Shown here piece by piece: positions 1 to 9,541 of a DNA stretch of 47,119 nt. Position numbers and translations under genes: made by a program. Each line of letters opens with the position of its first letter. The stretch's first letter is position 1. Below the pieces are notes generated by a model, which saw nothing but the letters and a program-made list of their open reading frames with translations, ran no database searches and had not been told where the DNA came from. The DNA is from an uncultured delta proteobacterium (GTDB lineage: Bacteria > Desulfobacterota > Binatia > UBA9968), in the NCBI GenBank assembly GCA_963755715.1, contig CAVWLW010000039.1:1-47119 (forward strand), in the 5' to 3' direction.

Positions 1-130
1 AGGAGTCCCGCCGCATGGGGGTGAGCAATTGAACGCCGAGTCGAATACGCCTCACCTACGACCAACCGAAGCTTCTATGGCAAGAGGAAAGTGCGGTCGG
101 CCGAAGCTCGGACCGCGCGCCTGCGCTCGC

Positions 131-1139
131 CTATCTGCCGAAGATCTCTCGGAACTCTTTTTGAAATTGTTCGTAGCGCTCGCCGACTCAGGTGGCATCG
201 GGGAAGAGCTCTAGCTTTCTTGCTTCCATTTTAGTATCGATGCCGGGTCGCGCCGGCGTGCGCTCGATCGAAAGGAGGAGCTGCTGGCCGTCTTTGGACA
301 GAATGAAGTCGACGAACAGCTTTGCGGCATTGGGATGTGGCGCCTTGGCGGCGATGCCGATAGGATGGAGCGAGACGGTGACCGGATCCAAGCGTCGTTA
401 CCCATTCGACCGGCGCGCCTTGCTCCTTCATTTTTTCGATTCGGTGCGCCAGGACCATCGCCACCGAAAATTCGCCCGCGGCCATCAATTGCGCGATCAG
501 AGTTTGTCCGTTGCGAAGCTGGATATCCTGTTTGGCCAATGCCCGCATGTATCGTTGGGTTTTCTCCTTTCCCCATTTTTGGGTCATCGCTCCATACCAG
601 GAGAAGTTTTCCTCGTCGAGAGCGATCTTGCCCTTCCATTTCGGATCGAGCAGATCCTCCCAACTCTTCGGCGCCTGATCGCGCGCCACCCGTTCGACGT
701 TGTAGCCGATCACGTTGTAGGAATCGAAGTAGTCGACCCGATTTCCTGGAGTCCTTGAAGCCGGCCATATAAGCCACGCTCTCGGGAGAAACGTAGGGTT
801 GCAAGAGTCCCGCTTTCACCAACTGGTGCGTTTCCAGGCCTCTCACGGCAACCAGGTCGAACAGAACTTTTCCCACGTGGGCTTCGTTCATTATGCGGTT
901 AAAGAGCCTGGCTGAGCCGGCGCGAAAAAAGTCGGTTTTAAGGATGGGATATTTTTTGCTAAACGCGAGCAGGATCGCTTGGGCGTCTTCGATGCTCGCG
1001 GACATGTACCAGACAAGCGCGCCTTCCTTTTTCGCGCCGTCGAGCGGCTTCTGGGTGTGGCTGTCCTGAGCTACGAACGGAAAGAAAATCCGAGATGAAA
1101 AACGCTCAAGAGCAACAGCAACATCGATACGCGTCGCAT
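131..1139 (-). CDS. Extracellular solute-binding protein (Fe3+/polyamine/thiamine-type ABC SBP), split by several indels
   Basis: ATG at 1139 after GGAGG. ORF pieces 211..1005, 231..713 and 188..391 join into one SBP (APKSWEDLLDPKWKGKIA, APHPNAAKLFVDFILSKDGQ). C-terminus ERYEQFQKEFREIFGR* ends at TAG 131-133. Confidence 0.85.
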
Positions 1140-1238
1140 GGGTTTACCTCCAGCGATTCTCAATCCACTACAAATGTAGCACAGCGGTAATTGCGCCGTT
1201 AGTGAAGACGCGCTACAAGAAAGTGATTGCGAGTTTCC

Positions 1239-1781
1239 ATGTCTTTGCGCGATGAAATCTCTTTAAGCGAGCTGATCAAGCATCTCGAGGCTGGCTGTGC
1301 GGCGGTTGGGCCGGCAAAAATGCGCGATATCCTTGAACGGCTGGTCATCTCGGCTGAAGAGATGCAACCTTACGCTCTGTTTTCGGATAAACGATATGCG
1401 CGCAACCTGGTTCATAAAACCGGCCAGTTCGAAATCATGATTATGTGCTGGCACGCCGGTCAGCGCTCTTCGATCCATGATCATGCCGGTTCGTTGGGGG
1501 GATTAAAGATTCTACGCGGCGCGCTCACCGAATCGTTGTTTGAAAAAGCGCCCAACGGCATGATCAAGTCGCAGAATTCGATTGATTACGCCGCGGGCGA
1601 AGCGCGGGTCGAAGAGACTTCGTTAATTCATCAAATCTCGAACCTTCAGAGCGAAAATGGCAGGGCGATCTCGGTGCACGTTTATGTTCCTCCTTTGATT
1701 CGGATGAATGTTTACTCGCTCGAAGATCCTTCCGTCAGGAATGTGTTGCCCCAATACTTCAGTTTTGGATCCGGGATATAA
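1239..1781 (+). CDS. Cysteine dioxygenase family cupin (Arg-type)
   Basis: YARNLVH, CWHAGQRSSIHDH (two His ligands), LIHQI (third His), SVHVYVPP (catalytic Tyr). Gly replaces the cross-link Cys, as in bacterial CDOs. Confidence 0.9.
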   Translation: MSLRDEISLSELIKHLEAGCAAVGPAKMRDILERLVISAEEMQPYALFSDKRYARNLVHKTGQFEIMIMCWHAGQRSSIHDHAGSLGGLKILRGALTESLFEKAPNGMIKSQNSIDYAAGEARVEETSLIHQISNLQSENGRAISVHVYVPPLIRMNVYSLEDPSVRNVLPQYFSFGSGI

Positions 1782-1836
1782 CCGGTTTTGGATTGATTAC
1801 CAATCGGCGCGGCGCGTCGAAGTAAAAAATAAATAT

Positions 1837-2757
1837 ATGAGTTGGCAATCCGCTGAAGAACCTGAAGCGAAGGCGCCGCCGGCGTGCAAGGCGCTAAAGA
1901 GCGTCATCGTGCCGCGTCCTCGCGATATCGGCGGGTTCGAAGTGCGCCGCGTGCTGCCGTCGCTGGAATGGCGTAGCGTCGGGCCTTTCGTCTTTTTCGA
2001 TCAGATGGGACCTGCCGAGCTCGCGCCGGGCCAGGGCATCGACGTGCGGCCCCATCCGCACATCGGTCTGGCCACGGTCACCTATTTGTTTGCTGGCACG
2101 ATCGTTCATCGCGATAGTCTCGGCAGCGTGCAGGCGATCGAACCGGGCGCTGTCAACTGGATGACGGCGGGCTGCGGCATCGTCCATTCCGAGCGATCCG
2201 ATATGGAACTTAGAAAGCGGCGACAGAAACTCTACGGCATCCAAATCTGGATCGCCCTTCCTAAAGCACGGGAGGAAACGGAGCCTAGCTTTACACACTA
2301 CGCCGCCGCATCGCTGCCGCAGATCGAAGGCGAGGGAAAAACAGTGCGCATCATCGCGGGCTCGCTTTACGGCCAGGCGTCGCCGGTGACAACTTTCTCG
2401 CCACTGTTTTACGCCGATGCGACATTGCAAGCGGGAGCCTTCCTCGCCCTCGAAAACGAGTACGAAGAACGAGCGATTTATCTCCTCGAAGGAAAGGCGG
2501 TGATCCAAGAACAAGTCTTCGAGCCAGGGCGGCTTCTGGTTTTTTCTTCCGGCGATGAAATCACGATCCAGGCAACCTCGGGCGCTCGCTTGCTGCTTTT
2601 CGGCGGCGAACCGCTGGACGGCCTACGTCACCTTTGGTGGAATTTTGTTTCGAGCTCACGCGAGCGGATCGAGCAGGCGAAGAGCGATTGGAAAGCAGGG
2701 CGCTTCGCGCCGGTGCCTGGCGACGCCGAGTTTATTCCGCTGCCCGAAGGATCTTAA
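1837..2757 (+). CDS. Pirin family protein
   Basis: GPFVFFDQMGP, DVRPHPHIGLATVTYLF, HRDSLG, VNWMTAGCGIVHSE, WWNFVSSSRERIEQAKSDW. Confidence 0.95.
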   Translation: MSWQSAEEPEAKAPPACKALKSVIVPRPRDIGGFEVRRVLPSLEWRSVGPFVFFDQMGPAELAPGQGIDVRPHPHIGLATVTYLFAGTIVHRDSLGSVQAIEPGAVNWMTAGCGIVHSERSDMELRKRRQKLYGIQIWIALPKAREETEPSFTHYAAASLPQIEGEGKTVRIIAGSLYGQASPVTTFSPLFYADATLQAGAFLALENEYEERAIYLLEGKAVIQEQVFEPGRLLVFSSGDEITIQATSGARLLLFGGEPLDGLRHLWWNFVSSSRERIEQAKSDWKAGRFAPVPGDAEFIPLPEGS

Positions 2758-3144
2758 GCTCCACCGCTCGATTACCGCATTTCCTCCACCCGGGAACGCC
2801 GGTCACTATCGGCATCCGCATTCCAAAGTCGACACTAAAGTAAAAACCGAAGTCATCGGGCTGTGAAATCCTGACGTAGTATTGTGGCGACTACTTGTTG
2901 AGTTTAGTCATTATTGAAGCCTCTCTTATACAAACCGGAAATTTTCATTGCCTGCTCCCATCAATGAGAGCGCAAGCAATCAGTCGCATCGAATGACTGC
3001 TAAACGGGTTGAGTGACTCGACAAAATTGTATCGAATTTCGCGGACGGCGGGATCGTTGGCCGAAGGCACCGCGGTCTTTATCTCCGTATCTGACGGGTC
3101 TCCCAATTGACTCGGAATCCAAAGATCAAATCTAGCGAATGAAT

Positions 3145-4314
3145 CTAGTTAACCGTGACAACGAATTTCATTACGCCATTTTTGTCCTTCAGACCGATGG
3201 TAATATCGGACGCGCTCGCGGTTGGCTGTTTTTTCACTGCCTCAATAATGATCCACTTCCGATCATCTGATAGTCGACCGACTGCAACATTTGGCACGCT
3301 TGATGTAACGCCATCGCCAGTTACGCCGTCAGGCAGGGAGTAAGCCATTTTGCGACCTTCGGCGAGCGTTAGGGTGACAACTCCGCCGGGCGTGGCTTGA
3401 GCAGACGTTAACGGAGTTACACCGAGTACTTCTACAAACACGCTCGCGCTAATACCGGTTTTGTCCCGAAACTTGATTGCTGTTGATCCTTGAGCGCGGC
3501 CGGTGATTGAAATGATTTGATTGTTCAAACCGTATGACACATCCACGATCGCCGGCTTTGAAATCGTGGTCCTGGCCGGATCGACGCTACCTCCGTCTTC
3601 AACTTTTAGGGCATAGGTTGTGCCGATTGGAATATCGATATCTTCATCAGCCAGTCTTAACTGGTTGGGAAGCTTAGCTTTGATTTTTTCGTCCACAAGT
3701 TTTTCAATCTGCTTATCCCGCGTCGCCAATTCCACTCTGCTACTCTCGAGGTCATTTTTTGCTTTGGTGACCGTTTGGCTCAGCTGCTCGAACGCAGACG
3801 TATAATCTTGACGAGATGCAACCACGCGTTCCGCTGCGTCGATAGCTTCGTCTATTGAGTTAGCTGCATTCGTGTAGTTGAGCGCCTTGTCTTTGTTTTC
3901 GGCGATGGCTGTAGTGCCCGAGACGAATCCGGTAATTAAAGGGACGATTCTAAGGGCTTGAATGCCGGCGTTTGCGGCAGCCAATCCGGCGGTCGCCGTT
4001 AACCCTGACAAACCGACTAGTCCAGCGAAGTATAATGCCCATTCATTGAGTGTCGCACGAGAGCGGTATGATGCAGAAAGTGTATTCGCATATTCATGGT
4101 AGTTTCTGTACATCAAGCAGGAAGGCTTCGCGCCATCTGCCAAGGACTTACACCACTCGACGACTTCCGGGCTCGGGCTAAGATTGGGATAGTCCGGACG
4201 AATCCCTATCGCCGGAAAGCTTGTTGTCGCACATCCGGTTATTGAAAAAAGACTTAGAATGAGGATCGTCCTAAAACAGCTGGTTATTGTATGGTTTACT
4301 GACTGGTTTTTCAT
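3145..4314 (-). CDS. Hypothetical lipoprotein: lipobox, hydrophobic helical hairpin, coiled coil, two Ig-like beta domains
   Basis: GGAGG RBS before ATG 4314; signal peptide ending ITG-C; Gly/Ala-rich hydrophobic pair; heptad-like EQLSQTVTKAKNDLESSRVEL; beta-rich repeats (ISITGRAQGSTAIKFRD, DITIGLKDKNGVMKFVVTVN). Visibly lower GC than flanks. Confidence 0.75.
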   Translation of the reverse strand: MKNQSVNHTITSCFRTILILSLFSITGCATTSFPAIGIRPDYPNLSPSPEVVEWCKSLADGAKPSCLMYRNYHEYANTLSASYRSRATLNEWALYFAGLVGLSGLTATAGLAAANAGIQALRIVPLITGFVSGTTAIAENKDKALNYTNAANSIDEAIDAAERVVASRQDYTSAFEQLSQTVTKAKNDLESSRVELATRDKQIEKLVDEKIKAKLPNQLRLADEDIDIPIGTTYALKVEDGGSVDPARTTISKPAIVDVSYGLNNQIISITGRAQGSTAIKFRDKTGISASVFVEVLGVTPLTSAQATPGGVVTLTLAEGRKMAYSLPDGVTGDGVTSSVPNVAVGRLSDDRKWIIIEAVKKQPTASASDITIGLKDKNGVMKFVVTVN

Positions 4315-4628
4315 CAACAACCTCCAATCACCTCTAAATTGCAACGCTGAGTGTTATTCCTTTCCGATGCGCGATTACGGTTTGTCCGAGAGCATCCATT
4401 GCTACTCTTTTTTAATGCCCTTCAATTATTTATGGCGACACGGGTGGCCAGTTCAAATGTTCAAGGTTTCAGCGGCTTCACGACGGCCATTGAGGTGCGT
4501 CCTAGAAGCTCTTCGGCCACATAAAACATTCAAACGGCTGGACGATCTGGCATAATCGTCGGCAATATGCCCGATTGACGGGCTGCTATATCTGTTTTGC
4601 GACCCGACACCGGCCGCTCGAGGTCTTA

Positions 4629-5441
4629 TTAAATACTAAACGGCTTCTGTCCCTCGTAAGCGGCGTTCACTGCGCCGACGAAGTAATAATTCGGCGTTTG
4701 CGTCGACGGCATCAAAGAAACGATCTTGTCGCGCAGCGTGCGATAATTGCCGTTGAACTTGCCGCCGTTCCAGACTTTTTTGAGCGTGCCGGTGAAGGCG
4801 CCGTTGTTGTCGCCGTCCATGGAGGTTTGGTTGTCCATGCAGCCGGACACTAACAAGATGCTGGCGTTGACTTTGGTGTTTTCCGCGCCGCGATTTTCTT
4901 TTTGGATTGCGCGATAAAGCGCGCTATTGGCGTTTTCCACCGCGATGCCGACCTCGCGCGGCATGGCGCGGGGCTTTGGCCCGGCTCCCGCGAACATAGG
5001 AATGTCGCGCGTCACCGTGCCGCTGTGGCAACTGTCGGACAGCACTAAGATGCGCACGCCGGCTTTGAACTTGCTCCAGATATTGTAAAGCTCGTCGTCG
5101 ACAAGCTGGCGGTCGTAAAGAACCCAGGTCTCGTCCATGCGGTCGTTGTCTTTCTCGTCGCTATTGGTGTCGCGGACTTGACCGCCGTGTCCCGAGTAGG
5201 TGAGGAAGAGAAGATCGCCTTTAACCAGTTTTTTACTGGCATCCAGGAGCGCCGAGCTGACCGCCGCGGCAGTCGCTTGTCCGTCGACAAACAGAGTATT
5301 GCCGGCGAATCCTTTTTTCTTGGCCAATGCGCGCATGTCGTTGGCATCGGCAATACAGGCGTTAAGAGCGCCGTCCCAGCCTTGGTAATGTTTAGGATCG
5401 ACGTGATTCAAGCCGATGTGAATGGAAATTCCTTTCGCCAT
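4629..5441 (-). CDS. Stand-alone metacaspase / caspase-family peptidase C14
   Basis: SIHIGLN, LNACIADA, TYSGHGGQ (catalytic His), DETWVLYD, LSDSCHSGT (catalytic Cys), SGCMDNQTSMD, GAFT, QTPNY. Confidence 0.95.
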   Translation of the reverse strand: MAKGISIHIGLNHVDPKHYQGWDGALNACIADANDMRALAKKKGFAGNTLFVDGQATAAAVSSALLDASKKLVKGDLLFLTYSGHGGQVRDTNSDEKDNDRMDETWVLYDRQLVDDELYNIWSKFKAGVRILVLSDSCHSGTVTRDIPMFAGAGPKPRAMPREVGIAVENANSALYRAIQKENRGAENTKVNASILLVSGCMDNQTSMDGDNNGAFTGTLKKVWNGGKFNGNYRTLRDKIVSLMPSTQTPNYYFVGAVNAAYEGQKPFSI

Positions 5442-5581
5442 AGAGCCTCCCTACTTCGAAATAAAATGATTGAAAGGAAAGTGTAGAGCTTGGCAAATTC
5501 GTCTGTCAAGAAAATTTCGAACCAAATCGAGCGGCGCGTTTGCGCTAGCGCGGGTTTCCGTTTTTCGATCAATTCATACGA

Positions 5582-6547
5582 TCACGGCTTCCAACCCTGT
5601 TTGTTCAACTGTTGCTCGGCGTCGCGGGCGGAGCTGAAATCGTAGGCGCGCCGGGGCGGCACAACTTCGGCGACGTCGGCGACCTGGGCAACGATGGCCA
5701 GATCGTTTTTCTGGGTTGGCTCATCGACGAAGCCGGCTTTGGTAAAGGTGCTGACCAGGTCGTCGTACATGCGGGTGGATAAGGCTTTGTCCAACTCGCT
5801 GAATTTTGCTACGGCGGCGATCGTGCCTTCGCGGTCTTGGCGGGCGATTTTAAGTCCTTTGATCACCGCGCGCACAAAGCCGAAGAGCTGTTTGGGCTGC
5901 TCCTTGATAAAGCGCTCCGACGTCGCAAATGTGCCCCAGGAATTTTTGACTTCCTTGCCGAAGAACATTAAATCCGTCATGCCTTGATCCAGGGCGGCGT
6001 AGCGCTCTTCAGGGCTGACGATGGCCGCATCGACGGCGCCGGATAGGAGCGCCGGCAGGCGATTGACCGGTCCTGGATCGATCAGCACGATGTCTTTGGG
6101 AATATTCCGTTTGATCAAAATATTTCTCAGCATGTAGGCCGCGATGGAGGCGACGCCGGTGGTGGCGACCTTTTTGCCGCTTAGATCGCGCAGGGTTTTG
6201 ATATTGGGGCGCGCGACGATCCATTGCAGCACCTGATCGTTGAACGCGAGTACGGTTTTGAGCGGCGCGTTACCTTTGGATATGGCGACCAGAGCGCTGC
6301 TGCCCGAACCGGAAAATTGCACCTGGTTGGCGATCAACGCCTGGAGGCCGGCGGCGTTCTGCATGAAGACAAGCTTCAAATCCAAGCCTTCTTCCTTCAT
6401 ATAGCCGCGCTCTTGAGCGATGACCAGCGGAACATACTGAAACGCCTTCGAGGTCAGCGCGGCAGTCACGGTTTCAAGCGCGAGCGCCAGGCGCGGCGAG
6501 ATCGTCGCAAATACCAATGCTAATATCAAAACCAGTTTCTTGAACAT
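5582..6547 (-). CDS. ABC transporter substrate-binding protein (NMT1/SsuA/TauA-like)
   Basis: Signal peptide; IAQERGYMKEEGLDL, IKTLRDLSGKKVA, ALLSGAVDAA. Confidence 0.9.
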   Translation of the reverse strand: MFKKLVLILALVFATISPRLALALETVTAALTSKAFQYVPLVIAQERGYMKEEGLDLKLVFMQNAAGLQALIANQVQFSGSGSSALVAISKGNAPLKTVLAFNDQVLQWIVARPNIKTLRDLSGKKVATTGVASIAAYMLRNILIKRNIPKDIVLIDPGPVNRLPALLSGAVDAAIVSPEERYAALDQGMTDLMFFGKEVKNSWGTFATSERFIKEQPKQLFGFVRAVIKGLKIARQDREGTIAAVAKFSELDKALSTRMYDDLVSTFTKAGFVDEPTQKNDLAIVAQVADVAEVVPPRRAYDFSSARDAEQQLNKQGWKP

Positions 6548-6743
6548 GAAAGTTTTGTCTCCTTCGACCTAATCTTTTGCTGAAAGTCGCCGGCTTAGTT
6601 CAATGACACCAGTTTTGCTGGGGATTTTGGCCGGACATTGACGCCATCGAAGATAGTTCGGAAACGGATTCGGCGTCAAGAATGGAATGCACGAAAAAAA
6701 TAAACTTCATGGAGTCGCACCGATGTGGTATTCTTGGCGCATT

Positions 6744-7383
6744 GTGAAACGAGAGATCTTCGCGTCGTTGTGTTTGAGTCTGCTCTGTGGCTGTTCGACC
6801 GGCTCCTCCTTTACTTCAGGGGCGACTCTCTTATCCGGGATAAACCACTATCAAGGCGAGATGCAGCGCATCGGCAACTCACCGGGGAGTTGGCCGGCGC
6901 GCCAGCAGGCGGCAGGCACGCTGAAAACCACGGTTACCGCCACCGTCGGTGGCTCCGCGGAATTTTTTCGCTTGGTCGATCTCGACGTCAGAAAAAGGGA
7001 GTTTATAATCACTCTACGCGACGGGTCGGTGCGCGCTGATCGTACGCAGGAAATGAAAGACGAGCTGATCAAAATGGACGAAGAGATCGTCGTTTTGAAA
7101 CCGGTTGTTCGATCCCAAGTGGCCGCGCTGCCGTTGCGCGGCGAAGCGCAACAACAGGTCGAGAGTGTCGCCACTTTGGGGCTGCTCAATTTGGCGGTGG
7201 ACGGTTTTTCATCCGCCGGGCCGCGTGGACTCGATGCGCCGTCGACCAGAGGTAGATCAATACTTGATCACCGATCTTGGCTCGTTCGCAACGGTACGCG
7301 GGCCGGACGGCCACACGCATCGCTGCACAATCTACGACGTTCCAGACGAAGGGGCGGGGATTCGGTGTGAGCCGGTTAAGTAG
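6744..7383 (+). CDS. Hypothetical lipoprotein (indel near 7250)
   Basis: VKREIFASLCLSLLCG-C lipobox; ORF 6687..7370 continues in the frame of 7105..7383 (DQYLITDLGSFATVRGPDGHTHRC...). Confidence 0.65.
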
Positions 7384-7480
7384 GGTTTCTGGGTTCTAGT
7401 TTCTAGCCGAAGATCAGACTCTCTTGTGGTTGTTGATTCGGGTAACGGTTCAGTTTGCTCAAGCCCCCCGCTCTTCGTCT

Positions 7481-7737
7481 GGCCGTGTGAAAACTCTATC
7501 GGAGCCCTTCGACCAGGCTCAAAGCGAACGGATTAGCATCCACACCGTGCGTTGAGCTATGAATGGACGCTTCGCATAGTCTGTCATTCGGCATTACAAT
7601 TCATCTTAATGTTCCTGTCGTGGCTCATTGAAATCGCTCGCCCCTTCGAAAGTGCTCAGGGCATGCTTGAGGCGAAGTGAAAGGGCGTCATGCCGGCCCT
7701 TCGTCAGGTCTCAGGATAAACTCCCGCCGGCATCCAG
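7481..7737. repeat. Cluster of degenerate REP/MITE-like palindromic units
   Basis: CCCTTCGACCAGGCTCAAAGCGAACGG (7505-7531), CCCTTCGAAAGTGCTCAGGGCATGC (~7642), and CCTTCGTCAGGTCTCAGGATAAACT nested inside GTCATGCCGG...GCCGGCATCCAG (7687-7737). Confidence 0.65.
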
Positions 7738-7972
7738 GTTTGTTTTAGGTCTTAAATTCGAGGACTGCCTGGTAGTCCCGTCGATCACATCGAGAGGCGT
7801 GTATCGATCGAGCGGCGCCCAGCCTATATCGACAAACGTCGACTATCGATGAATGCGCGTCGTTGCGGGGACTATTTCGGACCGGGTGTTCGACGTCCAG
7901 GATGCTCAAGTGCGGCGAAACAGGGTTCTTGTTCTTAGTTTCGGGTTCTGATGTTGGACTAGAAACTGGAAA

Positions 7973-9334
7973 CTATCTCTTGTCATCAAGCAGTGCCAGC
8001 AGGGCGCCCAACTCCTCCGTAGAAGCATCCTTGACCTTCCACCAGCGTTCGAGTACCCGAGCGGTTTTGTCCCTGCCGTAAACCGGCTCGACGGTTTGGG
8101 TGAATTTCTTCTGCACATCCTCGTCGGTCATCGGTCTATTCACGTGTCCCAAAGGATCGCGCGGCCATAGGTTAATGACGCTGCGGTCATTCTTTGTGAC
8201 CTTGATCTTCATCGAGATGGTTTTTGGATAAATGGCGTCGACTTCCTTATCCAGATAGACGCGAATCTTGTTCATCAGGGGCCGCAGCGCCGGATCGCCG
8301 TACGCCGTTTCTTCAAAGGCGGCCAACGAGATCGTGCCATCGACCAATACTTTGGCGAAGATATACGGCAGGCTGTGATCGGCGGTTTCGCGCGTCTTGG
8401 GATCCCACTTCTCCGGTTCGCTGCCGATCTCGGTGTAGCAGAAAGTGTAGACGCCGATCTCGATGTCCGTCAGCGCGCGCCAATCGGCTTGCGCGCGTAA
8501 TTCGAGCGCTCCCCACACCGGCAGTTGTCCGTTGTACTCCACCGGCCAATACTTGAGCCGAGCTTCCGGCGCGCGATACGGACCGCCTTCCGTCGGCAGA
8601 GCTTGGAGCTCGAAAGGACCGGTGATCAAATCCCACAGGCCATGTTTGCCTTCGAACGGCTTGTCCGCGCCGCTCATCCCTTCGCCGGCAAGGAGAGCGG
8701 CAAAGACGCCGTTGCGCGCGGCGAATGCCGTGGCCGCGCCCTTCCAAAGTGATAATTCGCCGGCGCGCGTGTTGCGCATCGGCACGTTGGCAACGGCGAC
8801 GATCGCAATTGCTTGCGCCAACTGTTCGGGCGAGAAATTCAACAGGTGACCGACGCCGGCGGCTGTGCCGATGCCGACGGCAAAGCCTTGGTCCCAGCCT
8901 TTGTAGCGCAAACCGGTGGCGTCGCTAAGACGAATAAACAGCTCGTAGGCGATGACCAAACTTTCGATCAATCTATGGCCGTCGGCGTTGGCGGCCTCGG
9001 CGATCGCCAAGAACGCGCCCAAGCAATCGCTTGGATGACCGCCCGGATACTCGTCGTTGAAATCCAGATTGCGAATCATTGCGGTATTCACGAACGTCGC
9101 GCTCTCGGCGCTTGCACGCTCGCCGTGGCAAATGATTCGTCCTGGAAAGCGCTCAGGAGCGGCGCCGCGGGCGAGCCGGAGTCCCATTTGCGCGGATTCG
9201 CAATCGCGCGCGGCGATTGCGCAGGCCAACGAGTCGACGATAAATCTCGTGGCTGCAGCGACGGCGGATTGCGGCAGTTGGTTGTATTTCAGTTCCGCGG
9301 CGAAGCCGGCGATGCGGCGAGTTAGATTGTCCAT
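7973..9334 (-). CDS. MmgE/PrpD family protein
   Basis: FVNTAMIRNLDFNDEY, GHPSD, RAGELSLWKG, FEGKHG, LKYWPVEY, PKTRETADHSLPY. Confidence 0.92.
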   Translation of the reverse strand: MDNLTRRIAGFAAELKYNQLPQSAVAAATRFIVDSLACAIAARDCESAQMGLRLARGAAPERFPGRIICHGERASAESATFVNTAMIRNLDFNDEYPGGHPSDCLGAFLAIAEAANADGHRLIESLVIAYELFIRLSDATGLRYKGWDQGFAVGIGTAAGVGHLLNFSPEQLAQAIAIVAVANVPMRNTRAGELSLWKGAATAFAARNGVFAALLAGEGMSGADKPFEGKHGLWDLITGPFELQALPTEGGPYRAPEARLKYWPVEYNGQLPVWGALELRAQADWRALTDIEIGVYTFCYTEIGSEPEKWDPKTRETADHSLPYIFAKVLVDGTISLAAFEETAYGDPALRPLMNKIRVYLDKEVDAIYPKTISMKIKVTKNDRSVINLWPRDPLGHVNRPMTDEDVQKKFTQTVEPVYGRDKTARVLERWWKVKDASTEELGALLALLDDKR

Positions 9335-9393
9335 GAGTTAATATCCTCGCAGGCCATTCAGCTAGATGGTTTTGCCACGTTAATCGGAAGTGG

Positions 9394-9452
9394 TGTCATC
9401 CCGAGTGAATGCGAGGGAGCTAAGAAAGATTTCTCCCTTGGTCGAAATGACA
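9394..9452. repeat. REP-like palindrome (TGTCAT...GAAATGACA)
   Basis: Terminal inverted TGTCAT/ATGACA; shares GATTTCTCCCTT(C)GGTCGAAATGACA with the copy at 10558-10622. Confidence 0.75.
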
Positions 9453-9541
9453 CGTATTTGTGGAACGAGAGGTGCTCAGAGTATTTTGCCGATTCTCTGC
9501 AGGCGGATTTCAGGTCCAGCCACGCGCCGTACAGTTAACAA

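Noticed and set aside
7384-7975. CRISPR array or intact IS element
   Set aside because: The repeats are degenerate and irregularly spaced, with no constant-length spacers and no cas or transposase ORF.
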